Source: an uncultured bacterium
GTDB taxonomy: Bacteria; Omnitrophota; Gorgyraeia; Zapsychrales; Aceulaceae
Length of the DNA: 64,000 bases
Reading direction: 5' to 3'
NCBI GenBank assembly: GCA_937930175.1
Contig: CALGLP010000015.1
Location: 4,174 to 68,173, forward strand
Under the pieces are notes generated by a model. That model had not been told where the DNA came from, did no database searches, and saw only the letters and a program-made list of their open reading frames with translations. The position numbers and the translations under genes are program-made. Below, piece by piece: positions 48,494 through 59,304 of the stretch (position 1 is the stretch's first letter; every line of letters starts with the position of its first letter).

Positions 48494-50043
48494 GTGCGCC
48501 TTCTCCTTTTTTGATATTGGGTTATTTGTAAAACGACACTTAATAGTATAGCGCTAATACAAAAATATACAAAAAAATCTCCAAATTTTGTATACAAGGT
48601 CTTAACGCTAACAAACGCAACGTCTTGTGCTGCCACGCCTTCAACATAAGTCCTCTTGCCTTGCGCGTTTTTAACCTCGCCTAAAATACGGCCTAAGGGG
48701 TCAATAAACCCACTTACACCTACATTCCCACAACGCACCATAAAACGTCGGTTCTCAATGCTTCGAAAAACCGCTGCCTGTAAATGCACAAAGGGTTCCC
48801 CGGTATCGCCAAACCAGGCATCGTTACTCATATTGATCAAAAGCCCTGCCCCTTGCTGAACACATCCCCTAACCAACTCAGGAACCGTATCCTCAAAACA
48901 GATCAGAGTCGAATAAAAAAACTTCCCTTCCCTCGCTTGCTCTAAAGGTGCCTCAAAAAGAACATATTCTTTCCCCTTCGTAAAATCATCAAGGGGAATC
49001 ATGGCCGCTAAAAAAGGAAATTGTTTTCGAAAAGGAATAAATTCCCCGAAAGGAACAAGGTGTCTCTTGTGATATGTGGTCCCCGACCTCCCCGCAGAAG
49101 AAAAAAATACGGCCGAATTAAAATAATTTCCTCCCTCTTGAGTGATCATGCCGATCAAATACGGCGTTTTTGTCTCCAAAAGAAACGCCTTGAACGCCTT
49201 GGTGATCTCAGCGTCTTGGCCGAAAAAACCTGGATACGATGACTCCGGCCAAACGATCAAATCAACCTTTTCTTGACTGAGTCTTCCTGAAAGCGCGATA
49301 TAGTCCCGTAAAATCAAAGGCCATGCCTTAGGATGCCACTTACGCTCATGAGGAACATTTCCCTGCACAACACCAACTCTCATTTTTGGCCCAGAAAAAT
49401 CTTTCTGCAGTTTATAAAAACTATATCCTACGCTTAAAGCAATTGCCACAACGACCACGACCAAAGCGTTTAAAAGCTCCTTACGCGACACTAAAGAAGA
49501 CCGCTTAAAGCTAAAAAGAAAGATTTCCTTTAAGAACACATTCACCATGACGATCAAAAACGAAACACCATAAAAACCCGTGATATCCGCGATCTGAATA
49601 AGTCCAAGATTTTGATACTGGCTATAACCTAGCGACACCCAGTTAAATCCAGTAAAAAGATGGCCTCGGATATATTCGAGGACAACCCAAAAGGATGGAA
49701 TGAGAACGATCTGAACAAGAAACTTTTTCTTGGAAAGCCAGTAATACCCTAAGCCAAAGAGTCCAAGATATAACGCAAGATACGCAACAGCAAGAATCGC
49801 ACCCAGCACTGTGACAAAAATAAACCAATATACGGTTAACCCAAAAAAGAGAATCCCACAAAAATACCCCAAGCGAAAAGACTCACCACGGCTCTTACCC
49901 TCAAGACTAAGCATCAGGGGCACAAGTGCGATCCAGGCCAAGAAAGACCAGTTGGCCATTGGAAAACTCAGCGCAAGCAGGATCGCAGAAAGAAAATATA
50001 AAACCATTTTATGTCGAAAAAAAGAAGCAATCATATGCGTCAT
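48490..50043 (-). CDS. lnt: Apolipoprotein N-acyltransferase
   Basis: N-terminal 6–7 TM helices plus a C-terminal CN-hydrolase domain (VVQGNVPHERKW...ICFEDTVPEL...). Confidence 0.85.
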   Translation of the reverse strand: MTHMIASFFRHKMVLYFLSAILLALSFPMANWSFLAWIALVPLMLSLEGKSRGESFRLGYFCGILFFGLTVYWFIFVTVLGAILAVAYLALYLGLFGLGYYWLSKKKFLVQIVLIPSFWVVLEYIRGHLFTGFNWVSLGYSQYQNLGLIQIADITGFYGVSFLIVMVNVFLKEIFLFSFKRSSLVSRKELLNALVVVVVAIALSVGYSFYKLQKDFSGPKMRVGVVQGNVPHERKWHPKAWPLILRDYIALSGRLSQEKVDLIVWPESSYPGFFGQDAEITKAFKAFLLETKTPYLIGMITQEGGNYFNSAVFFSSAGRSGTTYHKRHLVPFGEFIPFRKQFPFLAAMIPLDDFTKGKEYVLFEAPLEQAREGKFFYSTLICFEDTVPELVRGCVQQGAGLLINMSNDAWFGDTGEPFVHLQAAVFRSIENRRFMVRCGNVGVSGFIDPLGRILGEVKNAQGKRTYVEGVAAQDVAFVSVKTLYTKFGDFFVYFCISAILLSVVLQITQYQKRRRRT

Positions 50044-50066
50044 AATAAAATTAAGATTTTAATCGA

Positions 50067-53048
50067 TCAGTGCCCACAACATTTCTTATATTTTTTACCA
50101 CTACCACAGGGGCAGGGGTCATTGCGGCCAACCTTTTCCACACCGCGAACTTCAGGCTTAGGATGCGAGGGCTCTCTGCGGCCTGATGGCAGGGATGCGC
50201 TAGGGGCCGATGGAGACTCAGAACCAGAAAGGCTCGAGTGCTCTTCATGAACAAGCTGTTGTGGCAGGGTTGCAAAGATACTTTTAACGCGATGCTCGCC
50301 ACGCACAGCCTCCACTTTAAAAACAGTCTCGATCGCCTCTTGCATGATCGAATCATACATGGCCTCAAACATGGCAAAAGCTTCATGCTGATACTCCACC
50401 AATGGATCACGATGCGCAAACGCTCTTAATCCAATGCCCTCCTTGAGCTGATCCATGGCATAAAGATGATCTTTCCACTTAAAATCAATCGTTTGAAGCA
50501 AAATCATGCGCTCCAAGCCTCGCATCTGTTCCGGCGTAATCATGGCTTCTTTCTGAAGATAAACCTCGAGAGCCTTATCATAAATAACGCTTTCAATTTG
50601 CTCCTGGGTCATCCGTTCAAAATCTTGCGAAGCAGAGAAAATATCAACATGAAATGTTCCCCTCAAAGAAACCTTAAGGCCTTCCAAATCCCAACCAGAT
50701 TCCGCATCCTTAGAAAAAAGGTATTGAACGACAATCGCCCGAACATTGTCTTCCAGGGCCTGAACCATGCGCTCTTTAATATCCTCACCTTCCAGGATCG
50801 ATCGACGCATCGCGTAAATCACTTCACGTTGACGATTCATGACATTGTCATATTCCAAAAGTTGCTTACGGATTTCAAAATTATGCGTCTCAACACGTTT
50901 TTGCGCAATCTCGATCGCCCCGCTCACCCATGGATGCTCGATCACCTGGCCCTCTTCCATGCCTAAGGTATTCATCAGTCCCATCATCCGATCGGATCCA
51001 AAAAGCCGCATCAAATCATCCTCGAGCGAAACAAAAAAACGCGAAGACCCAGGATCCCCTTGACGCCCAGAACGACCGCGCAGCTGATTATCAATACGTC
51101 GTGACTCATGACGTTCCGTGCCTAAAACGTGCAAGCCTCCCGCTGCCACAACCTTTTCATGCTCCTCGGCTACTTGCTTACGAAAACGCTCTAGAAAATC
51201 TTTATACAAATTGTTGGCATCCATGGTTTGAGCATCTTTGCCCTTTTCCTTAATAACATTTTCCGCGAAACTCTTCGCCAAATAATCCGCGTTCCCGCCT
51301 AACACAATATCCGTTCCACGGCCAGCCATATTCGTAGCGATCGTGACCGCCTTATAGCGACCAGCTTGCGCAACAATATGCGCTTCCAGATCATGATATT
51401 TCGCGTTTAAGACTTGATGTTCTACGCCATGAATTTTAAGCATCTGCGAAAGATGCTCAGACTTCTCAATGGAAATGGTCCCAACCAAGACCGGGCGGCC
51501 TTCTTTATGGAGCGTGATAATTTCTTGAACCACCGCGTTAAACTTTTCCCGTTCGGTTTTATAAATACAATCCGGATGATTTTTACGCTGCAACATGCGA
51601 TTGGCAGGCAAAACCAAACAATCTACGTTATAAATTTGTTTAAACTCGTTGGCCTCAGTAAATGCAGTTCCCGTCATGCCAGAGAGCTTTTCATACATAC
51701 GAAAATAATTCTGAAAGGTCACGGTGGCAAGCGTCTGATTTTCGCGCTCGATCTTAATACCCTCACGCGCCTCAACCGCCTGATGAAGCCCATCGGACCA
51801 ACGTCGGCCAGGCATCATGCGTCCGGTAAATTCATCCACAATGATGACTTGGCCATCGCGTACCACATAATCGACATCGTTTTTAAAGAATTCCTTGGCC
51901 TTCAAGGCTTGCAAGACATGGTGACGATATTCAATAGTTTCCATATCGTGCAAATTATCCACACCGAACAGCCGCGCAGCCTTTTTTTCACCCTCTTCAG
52001 TCATCGATACCGAACGCGCTTTTTCATCAGCCACATAATCAAAACCAACGGATAAATTTTCTCCCTTATATTTGGCATCAATCTCTTCTTTTTCCGTGAT
52101 GCGGCGGCCCTTCAACTGCTTGCTGATATGGTTAGCGGTATAATATTTATCCGTAGACTCCTCAGCTGGCCCGGAAATGATCAAGGGTGTACGCGCCTCA
52201 TCGATCAAAATGCTATCAACCTCGTCGACCACTGCAAAAAAATGTCCGCGCTGAACCATGTCTTCCTTAAAGCTCACCATATTATCACGCAAGTAATCAA
52301 ACCCAAATTCATTGTTAGTCCCATAGGTAATATCGCACCCGTACGCCGCTTGACGCTCTTTAGGACTATGATCATGCTGGATCACGCCGACAGACAAACC
52401 TAAAAAGGTATAAATCGGGCCCATCCACTCACTATCACGCTTGGCCAGATAATCATTGACGGTAATGACATGGACGCCTCGACCCGTCAAGGCATTCAAA
52501 TAGGTTGGCAGAGTGGCAACAAGGGTTTTTCCTTCACCAGTTGCCATTTCCGCAATATTGCCTTTATGCAAGATCACGCCCCCTAAAAGTTGAATGTCAA
52601 AATGCCTCATCCCTGTGGTGCGGCAACTCGCTTCACGCACAAGAGCAAAAGCCTCGGGCAGAATATCATCTAAGATTTTTTCCCGCCTTGCAAAAAGATC
52701 TTTCTTGGCCTGATCAACTTTATTTAAAAGATCCTCACGCGCTTTATTATCTTTTTCTGCGCGATACTCTTGATGAAGCTGATCGCATGCTTGCTGAGCT
52801 TGCGCGGTTTCTTGAGCAATACGCTCCTTAAACATAAAAGTTTTTGCACGCAACTCTTCATCGCTTAAAGCCTTGATCACAGGCTCAAGACCGTTGATCT
52901 TTGAAACAAAGGTCGTCATCTTCGTAACGGTACCAATCGACGAAAAGGGTAAATCAAGAGGCAGCTGGATATGAACCTTCGGGTTCAAGCGATCAATGGT
53001 TTTTTGCGCCCGACGGACAAATGTTTTTCCAAACAGAGCTTTCAGCAT
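50067..53048 (-). CDS. secA: Preprotein translocase ATPase SecA
   Basis: Full-length SecA with a DEAD-like motor and the C-terminal zinc-finger CPCGSGKKYKKCCG. Confidence 0.95.
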   Translation of the reverse strand: MLKALFGKTFVRRAQKTIDRLNPKVHIQLPLDLPFSSIGTVTKMTTFVSKINGLEPVIKALSDEELRAKTFMFKERIAQETAQAQQACDQLHQEYRAEKDNKAREDLLNKVDQAKKDLFARREKILDDILPEAFALVREASCRTTGMRHFDIQLLGGVILHKGNIAEMATGEGKTLVATLPTYLNALTGRGVHVITVNDYLAKRDSEWMGPIYTFLGLSVGVIQHDHSPKERQAAYGCDITYGTNNEFGFDYLRDNMVSFKEDMVQRGHFFAVVDEVDSILIDEARTPLIISGPAEESTDKYYTANHISKQLKGRRITEKEEIDAKYKGENLSVGFDYVADEKARSVSMTEEGEKKAARLFGVDNLHDMETIEYRHHVLQALKAKEFFKNDVDYVVRDGQVIIVDEFTGRMMPGRRWSDGLHQAVEAREGIKIERENQTLATVTFQNYFRMYEKLSGMTGTAFTEANEFKQIYNVDCLVLPANRMLQRKNHPDCIYKTEREKFNAVVQEIITLHKEGRPVLVGTISIEKSEHLSQMLKIHGVEHQVLNAKYHDLEAHIVAQAGRYKAVTIATNMAGRGTDIVLGGNADYLAKSFAENVIKEKGKDAQTMDANNLYKDFLERFRKQVAEEHEKVVAAGGLHVLGTERHESRRIDNQLRGRSGRQGDPGSSRFFVSLEDDLMRLFGSDRMMGLMNTLGMEEGQVIEHPWVSGAIEIAQKRVETHNFEIRKQLLEYDNVMNRQREVIYAMRRSILEGEDIKERMVQALEDNVRAIVVQYLFSKDAESGWDLEGLKVSLRGTFHVDIFSASQDFERMTQEQIESVIYDKALEVYLQKEAMITPEQMRGLERMILLQTIDFKWKDHLYAMDQLKEGIGLRAFAHRDPLVEYQHEAFAMFEAMYDSIMQEAIETVFKVEAVRGEHRVKSIFATLPQQLVHEEHSSLSGSESPSAPSASLPSGRREPSHPKPEVRGVEKVGRNDPCPCGSGKKYKKCCGH

Positions 53049-53052
53049 AACA

Positions 53053-54145
53053 TTAAAACCTTTTCTTTAAATACGCTTCAATAAAAGGATTGATATCCCC
53101 ATCCATCACCTTTTGCACATTCCCCACTTCAACATCGGTGCGATGATCCTTGATCATACAATACGGTTGAAACACATAAGAACGAATCTGGCTGCCCCAC
53201 TCGATCTTTTGTTTTTCACCATATTCCACAGCCATGCGAGCATCTTGTTCTCTTTGTCGTTTCTCGTACAATCGCGCGCGCAAGACCTTCATGGCTGTTT
53301 CTTTGTTTTGCAATTGTGAACGCTCACTCTGACACTGTACCACAATCCCAGAGGGCACGTGCGTGATACGCACCGCAGAATCCGTAGTATTAACCCCTTG
53401 ACCACCCGGACCTGAAGCGCGGTAAACATCAATGCGCAACTCATCAGGAACAATCTGGATATCAATATCATCTTCCACTTCAGGGATCACATCAACGGAG
53501 GCAAAAGATGTATGGCGTCGCTTGTTCGAATCAAAAGGAGATATACGTACCAACCGATGCACGCCTTTTTCACTCTTTAAAAGCCCATAGGCCATATCGC
53601 CTTCAATGCGCAGGGTCACATTTTTGATCCCGGCCTCTTCCCCGACCAAGATATCCAAGACCTCGGACTTAAATCCTTTCTCATCGCACCAACGCGCGTA
53701 CATGCGCAAAAGCATGTTGGCCCAGTCACAAGACTCTGTGCCCCCGGCTCCGGCATTGATACTTAAAAGCGCGTTATTATGATCAAATTCTCCACCCAGA
53801 AGTGTTTGGACCTCAAGCTCATCAACAATCTTTGTAAGCTCGTTTAATCCTGTGGTGATTTCCGCAAGAAGGGCGCTGTCCTGACCCGCGATCACTGAAA
53901 ATTCTTTCAATTCATGAAGCCTGGAAAGGCCTTGCTCAAAGGGTGCTACAATATTTTTTAAAACCTTAAGCTCGCGCATGAGCTTATTGGCGCTCTTGGC
54001 ATCCTCCCAAAAATGAGGAAGCGACATCTGCTCTTGAATACGATCAATTTCTTCAACCTTTTTGGCAAGGTCAAAGAAACCCCCGTAGTTCATGAAATCT
54101 CGCTTCGAGCTGTTGAATTTGCTTGGTAATATCGTCGATGATCAT
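53053..54145 (-). CDS. prfB: Peptide chain release factor 2, with a programmed +1 ribosomal frameshift (CUU UGA C at about 54070-54076)
   Basis: SPF and GGQ motifs. Frame-0 leader MIIDDITKQIQQLEARFHELRGFL* starts at 54145 and ends at the in-frame TGA inside the slippery CTT TGA C, preceded by an SD-like CGGGGG. The +1 frame continues DLAKKVEE..., so the ORF-track 53053..54093 ORF is N-truncated. Confidence 0.85.
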
Positions 54146-54433
54146 AGAAATAAATATACTTTTATCAAAGGCAATGGAGTCCCACAGGCTAAAGCCCAGG
54201 GCACCTTTTCTTTCTTCGACGAAATCCGCCGAAGCTTTTACCCTGCTTCGCCAAAGTGCTTTCGCCTTTGACTTCGCAAGGTTATCCTCGCCATTTCCAC
54301 CACAAAAATATCAGACCCGCCGATTCCTTGGGAAGGCATCCTCGAACTCAAATCCGAAGCTTTCTGGCCAAGGCGGATAAATTGAACGCTATTATAGCAC
54401 AACGCTTTTCAATTACAATTTTTCCGTGAAAAA

Positions 54434-54458
54434 GGGCCGATGAGACTCTCATCGGCCC
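54434..54458 (-). terminator. Intrinsic terminator downstream of the S8 protease gene (GGGCCGATGAG-act-CTCATCGGCCC, then TTTTTCAC on the minus strand)
   Basis: Perfect 11-bp stem, T-run on the minus strand. The + strand also has a downstream T8 run, so it may be bidirectional. Confidence 0.6.
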
Positions 54459-54488
54459 TTAATTCCTTCGCCATTTTTTTTATTTAAA

Positions 54489-57400
54489 CTATCTCCCTCT
54501 CTCTTCTTTTGCTTTAATCAGAGACTTTTCAATCCCAAAAAACTGACCCATCTGAACATTAACACCCAAACTTTCATAATCATAAAAACTTGGTTTAAAT
54601 TGATAGCCCACCCTATAAGGGATAACTTTACCACTTGATCCATATCCTGCCCAAAAGACATAATAGCCTAATTCATTGGTGACCGCTAACAACTCCCCTT
54701 CTTCGCTTTTGATCTCAATGCCCTCTAGCGGAAGATCCGATCCCAACGCATAAACAAACCCGCCTATTTCAGACGCATTGCGCAAAGCTTGATAATCTTG
54801 CCCTGCTTGCGTAGAAGAAAGATTTTCATAAAAAATATTTTCCGGATTAAAATGAAATCCATTCTTAACAGGATGAGCAGCTCCTGCCCAACCATAATCT
54901 TGGATGAAACTATAAGATCCGTCTGCATTGCTTACCGCCAAAAGGTTGCCCTCTTGATCCCGTATTTCGACACCGGACAAAGGAGCTTCATTAGGGCTTA
55001 TGGTGATAGACCCACTAATGGCGAAGCTTTCCAAACTACCAATAAAATTTTGTGTTTCTGGATTAACAAGATTGAGCAAGGTAACAGATTCTGGAGTAAA
55101 TGTATACCCTTGAGCTTGAGGAACCAAAAGAAGATCCTCCCCAAAAGGGACTAGTAACGCATAGCTACCGCTAGAAGCGTCTTGACCATTGATCGTCGCG
55201 TTAGCTATCGGTTGCCCATCGTCATCTAAAAGCGTACCCGAAACTGTAATCACTGGATTTGTGACACTAACCGTTACTTCGTCGGTCCCTTGAGCGCCCT
55301 GATCATCAATAACAGTAAGTTGAAAAACAAAATCTGTTGACTCGGCCACAGACGGAGCCTCGAACGAGGCTTGCGGCTGATCGCTACCGCTAAGCTCTAC
55401 AGCGGGTCCCTGCGTTTGCTCCCAAAGGTACGAAACAATAAATCCATCAGGATCCCATCCAGATCCACTCAGGGTAACGCTATTTAAAGCTTGAGCCACT
55501 TGATCTTCTCCAGCTAAAGCAAAAGGTATCTGATTAGAAACGACACCCTCTTCTCGATACCAACCTGAATGCTTCAGATCACGCTGAAACATCGGCCACT
55601 GCTGAGCCTGAAGATGAAACGTTTGATCAATATCATAACAAAGAACTTGGCCAGCACTATTAGCGATCAAAACATCAACCTTCCCGTCCAAATCAATATC
55701 CGTAACCGTTGGTTGCGAATAAGACAGATATTTCATCTGAACAAATTTAGGCCACCCTTCGATCAAGTTTCCTCCCGCATCAAAGGCTTTCAAGCCAACA
55801 TAAGACTGTTTATCATTAACAATGCTTGCGATAACGATATCTGGCTGCCCATCACCATTGACATCCGCGATCGTTGGCGTCATGGCAGGAAAAGCAAAAG
55901 AATAAGAGATCTGTCCTGTAAATACGACAGGCCATCCGGTCAAAGGAGTGAGTTGGCCGTTGATGATTTCTGAAACCCATAGTTTTTTAGTGTCGTCGCT
56001 ATATACGATCTCTGGGATGCCATTTCCATTAATGTCTCCGATCGAGAAATTCGATAAACTAGGAAAAGTCGTAAACATAAACTTTGTGGTTCCACTGCTT
56101 GAAAGAATATAAAACCGACTCGAACAACTGTTGTACACTTTTGCGATGATCTCGATCTCACCGTCATGATCAATGTCTGCGGCCGTTAAAATACTTTTGC
56201 TCAAACTGTGGGTGTTAAGGATCCAAGGCCATTGCGTGCCTGGAAGGATGTTTCCAAAAGCATCAAACGCGGTGATCTGTGATGAATAAGCAATAGGACT
56301 GACGCTATCATCAGCATAAGTCACGCCATAAACAATTTCAAGCTTTCCATCTTGGTTGAGATCAACTAATACCGGCGTGGATAACCCCTCTAAAAGCTTG
56401 GCCTGAGAAATATTATTCACACTTAAAATGCGAGGCCATTGTGTAACATCTTGTTGATCCCGGATCAGAGTCCCGTCTTGTTTTAACGCCAAAAGGGCTA
56501 CACCTGTTTTTCCGCCGCCAACACCATAACGCACGGCAAATACGATATCCTGCGCCCCATCTCCATCGACATCACCAACACTAGGAGAAGAATAAGAAAG
56601 ATAGGTTAAGGAAATGGCTTGGGGTAAATAATTCTTAACAGGTTGAGGCCAGGCATCGCTATAACGCGTACCATCATGTTTCCACACATGAAGACCAAGG
56701 ATAGGCTCATCTGTGCCAGGAATCAAACGATTCTGCGCACTATTTATCCCATCATATCCCATAGAAATAATTTCAATTGTTCCGTCTCCATCTAAGTCCA
56801 CAAGCGCAGGCGTTGAATACCCACCACTTCCATAAGGAGACAGAAAGTTTTTGGGCCATCCAGGAACCACGTTCCCGTCCTTGTCGAAAACATACAACCC
56901 CCCAGGGGCATTGACCACAATTTCCTTTGATCCATCGGGGCTTTTGTCAAGATTAGCCGCAACCGGAGACGAAACAATAAAGCTTGGCTCAATGCCTTCT
57001 GGAGCACCATAAGCATTAACTGGCCAACCTAACTTTTGATCTCCCATAATCAAAATAGGTACAATATCTTCAAAAGTATTTAAATCCTGATCAAAAACAG
57101 TTAATTTAACATATTGAAATAAATTCTTTTCTTGGGCATTGATCGTGGCCAAAACCGGATAGACAACCTCTCCTTGAGGCCCGACTTCAGGATGCTTGGG
57201 CCCAGGCGTTACATTATCTGCCGCTATCCAAGGACCCTCTAAAGAATCAGCGTACTCTACAACATAAGAATAAAATCCTTCTCCATAAACAACACCCCGA
57301 ATTTCAATAGAATCATTCTTTGCATACTGATCATAATGGTTAGGAGAAAATATTTTAGCAGCTAAAGGATTTATAATTTCAAGAGCCCTTTGAGCATTTA

Positions 57401-59069
57401 GCAATCCATATCCAAAATGTTTATCAAATCCCACTTCTCCTAAATCAATAGCGGACGCGCGCAAAGCAGAACGCAATTCTTCATTGGTCCAGGCAGGATG
57501 ATGAGATTTTAAAAGCGCCAAAACGCCTGCGGCATGCGGACAGGCCATGGATGTGCCGTTAGCCCTATAGTAATCATTACCCACAATACGCGTCCCAGTT
57601 CCATACATATCTGTTCCCTGCGCTCTTAACGATAAGATTTCAACACCAGGGGCTGAGACATCGATCTTAGTTCCATAATTAGAGAAAGAAGCTCTTTGAT
57701 AAGCAGAATCACTGGCAGCCACTGTAATCAGACTCTGAAAAGCGGCCGGCGAATAAAAGGAAGCATCATCATTGCCATTACCAGCAGCAGCAACGCTTAC
57801 GCATCCACTGGCATGAGCAAAATCAAAAACATCCTGAAGTAGTGAGGAATATCCCGATGAACCCCAGGAATTGCTTAAAATATCTGCGCCATTCTCAACA
57901 GCATACACAATACCCTGCATAAGCTTATCCACAGAACTCGAACCATTAGCCCCCAAACCTTTCACAGCCATGATCTTGGCCAACGGAGCTACCCCGATCA
58001 CGCCAATAGTGTTTTCAACAGCTGCAACAGTACCCGCACAATGTGTTCCATGGCCATGATCATCCAGTGGATCGCTATCATTATTATAAAAATCATATCC
58101 ATAATAACCATTGCTATCTGTCCACATATTAGTCGCAAGATCCGGATGATTATAATCTACGCCTGTATCAATCACAGCAACCACAACCCCTTCACCGTGA
58201 GACACCTCCCAGGCACCCTGATTCGCGCTAGGATTGCCACAATTAAGAAATCCTGAAGTCACACCATATAAATCCCTATAATTCTGATTCCAGCTGCCGG
58301 AGGAGAAATAATAAGGGTCACCGGCTGGTTCATAAAAAGCATAGGCTTTTGCAACGAACTCCACAGACTCTACGAAAGGATCTTTTTCATATTGAGCCTT
58401 GATCTCACGAAGGTTCTCCTTTTCTTCCTCAAAAACTATCAGAAACGTGTTGTAAACTTTAACCGCGAGGCTTGCCTGAAGCTGACGATTGACCTGTTGC
58501 GATCTCTGAGCAAAACGGTTATTCATTTTTCTTAAGGTATCGAGAATCTGAACCTCTTTCTTTTTTTCTAAAGATTTTGCAACGCTCGATGTCGCCGATC
58601 CTAAAAGCTTAGGATGTGAAGCTTGGGCGTTAGCATGAATAAGGGGTTTGATCTCGCTAACATGATAATCATTATTTAAAACATCCAACCCGTGATCCCC
58701 TGTAACCTGCGCAAAACTCTTTTGACTCCTTACAAAATCTTGCGCCACCACGGAAAGGCCGCTACCTTGTTTGAAACGGATCAAAAGACAATCTTTAAGA
58801 TACTGTTCCTGGAGTTCAGGCAAAGTATTTTCAGGAATCAAAAAGACGTCCGCAGGGCGGGTATCGCCCAAGCCTTCGGACACAGGCACAGGGTTAACGA
58901 AAAGACGCTCTAAATGATCTTGCAAAAATTCTTTTGCAGCTGATGATGCTTTTGAAACCAAGGTAAAAACCTGCGGATGACTCAAGGCAGCGAAAACACT
59001 ACGGCTGAAAGAAACAAATCCAAGTGTTAGCGTAACTATCAAAAAACAAACAACAAGTTTTTTTCTCAT
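54489..59069 (-). CDS. Giant secreted subtilisin-like serine protease (S8) with multiple FG-GAP/VCBS-like repeats and C-terminal beta-sandwich domains
   Basis: Signal peptide; the S8 triad regions VVAVIDTGVDYNHPDL, HGTHCAGTVAA and GTSMACPHAAGV; at least 7 DxDGDG repeats (DLDGDGTIEII, DVDGDGAQDIVFA, DIDHDGEIEII, DINGNGIPEIVY, DVNGDGQPDIVIA, DIDLDGKVDVLIA). 1526 aa. Confidence 0.85.
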   Translation of the reverse strand: MRKKLVVCFLIVTLTLGFVSFSRSVFAALSHPQVFTLVSKASSAAKEFLQDHLERLFVNPVPVSEGLGDTRPADVFLIPENTLPELQEQYLKDCLLIRFKQGSGLSVVAQDFVRSQKSFAQVTGDHGLDVLNNDYHVSEIKPLIHANAQASHPKLLGSATSSVAKSLEKKKEVQILDTLRKMNNRFAQRSQQVNRQLQASLAVKVYNTFLIVFEEEKENLREIKAQYEKDPFVESVEFVAKAYAFYEPAGDPYYFSSGSWNQNYRDLYGVTSGFLNCGNPSANQGAWEVSHGEGVVVAVIDTGVDYNHPDLATNMWTDSNGYYGYDFYNNDSDPLDDHGHGTHCAGTVAAVENTIGVIGVAPLAKIMAVKGLGANGSSSVDKLMQGIVYAVENGADILSNSWGSSGYSSLLQDVFDFAHASGCVSVAAAGNGNDDASFYSPAAFQSLITVAASDSAYQRASFSNYGTKIDVSAPGVEILSLRAQGTDMYGTGTRIVGNDYYRANGTSMACPHAAGVLALLKSHHPAWTNEELRSALRASAIDLGEVGFDKHFGYGLLNAQRALEIINPLAAKIFSPNHYDQYAKNDSIEIRGVVYGEGFYSYVVEYADSLEGPWIAADNVTPGPKHPEVGPQGEVVYPVLATINAQEKNLFQYVKLTVFDQDLNTFEDIVPILIMGDQKLGWPVNAYGAPEGIEPSFIVSSPVAANLDKSPDGSKEIVVNAPGGLYVFDKDGNVVPGWPKNFLSPYGSGGYSTPALVDLDGDGTIEIISMGYDGINSAQNRLIPGTDEPILGLHVWKHDGTRYSDAWPQPVKNYLPQAISLTYLSYSSPSVGDVDGDGAQDIVFAVRYGVGGGKTGVALLALKQDGTLIRDQQDVTQWPRILSVNNISQAKLLEGLSTPVLVDLNQDGKLEIVYGVTYADDSVSPIAYSSQITAFDAFGNILPGTQWPWILNTHSLSKSILTAADIDHDGEIEIIAKVYNSCSSRFYILSSSGTTKFMFTTFPSLSNFSIGDINGNGIPEIVYSDDTKKLWVSEIINGQLTPLTGWPVVFTGQISYSFAFPAMTPTIADVNGDGQPDIVIASIVNDKQSYVGLKAFDAGGNLIEGWPKFVQMKYLSYSQPTVTDIDLDGKVDVLIANSAGQVLCYDIDQTFHLQAQQWPMFQRDLKHSGWYREEGVVSNQIPFALAGEDQVAQALNSVTLSGSGWDPDGFIVSYLWEQTQGPAVELSGSDQPQASFEAPSVAESTDFVFQLTVIDDQGAQGTDEVTVSVTNPVITVSGTLLDDDGQPIANATINGQDASSGSYALLVPFGEDLLLVPQAQGYTFTPESVTLLNLVNPETQNFIGSLESFAISGSITISPNEAPLSGVEIRDQEGNLLAVSNADGSYSFIQDYGWAGAAHPVKNGFHFNPENIFYENLSSTQAGQDYQALRNASEIGGFVYALGSDLPLEGIEIKSEEGELLAVTNELGYYVFWAGYGSSGKVIPYRVGYQFKPSFYDYESLGVNVQMGQFFGIEKSLIKAKEERGR

Positions 59070-59304
59070 GGCACGCTCCTTGATCTTTTAAAATAAGTTT
59101 TCTTCCATACGAAGCTTCATCCTAAACGACGAATGGATTTAAAGAAAATAAGCTCTCCAACAAGGTAAGTTGCTAAAAATATAGCACATAAAATCAAAAA
59201 AACAAGGTCGACTGCTACTTGAGGGGGGATAGATGGTGAGCCATAATAAAAGGCCTAGAATAAATGACCTTTAGAAGAAAAACTTTTAGAAAAGACTAAA
59301 AAAC

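Noticed and set aside
54094-54380. Track ORF 54123..54380 (+) upstream of prfB
   Set aside because: The region is accounted for by the prfB frame-0 leader and its 5' UTR on the minus strand.
43875-59069. Numerous antisense ORFs inside hppA, secA and the S8 protease (for example 44917..45243 +, 51414..52055 +, 55569..55973 +, 58041..58256 +)
   Set aside because: They lie entirely within long, well-supported genes on the opposite strand and have biased, low-complexity translations typical of antisense frames.
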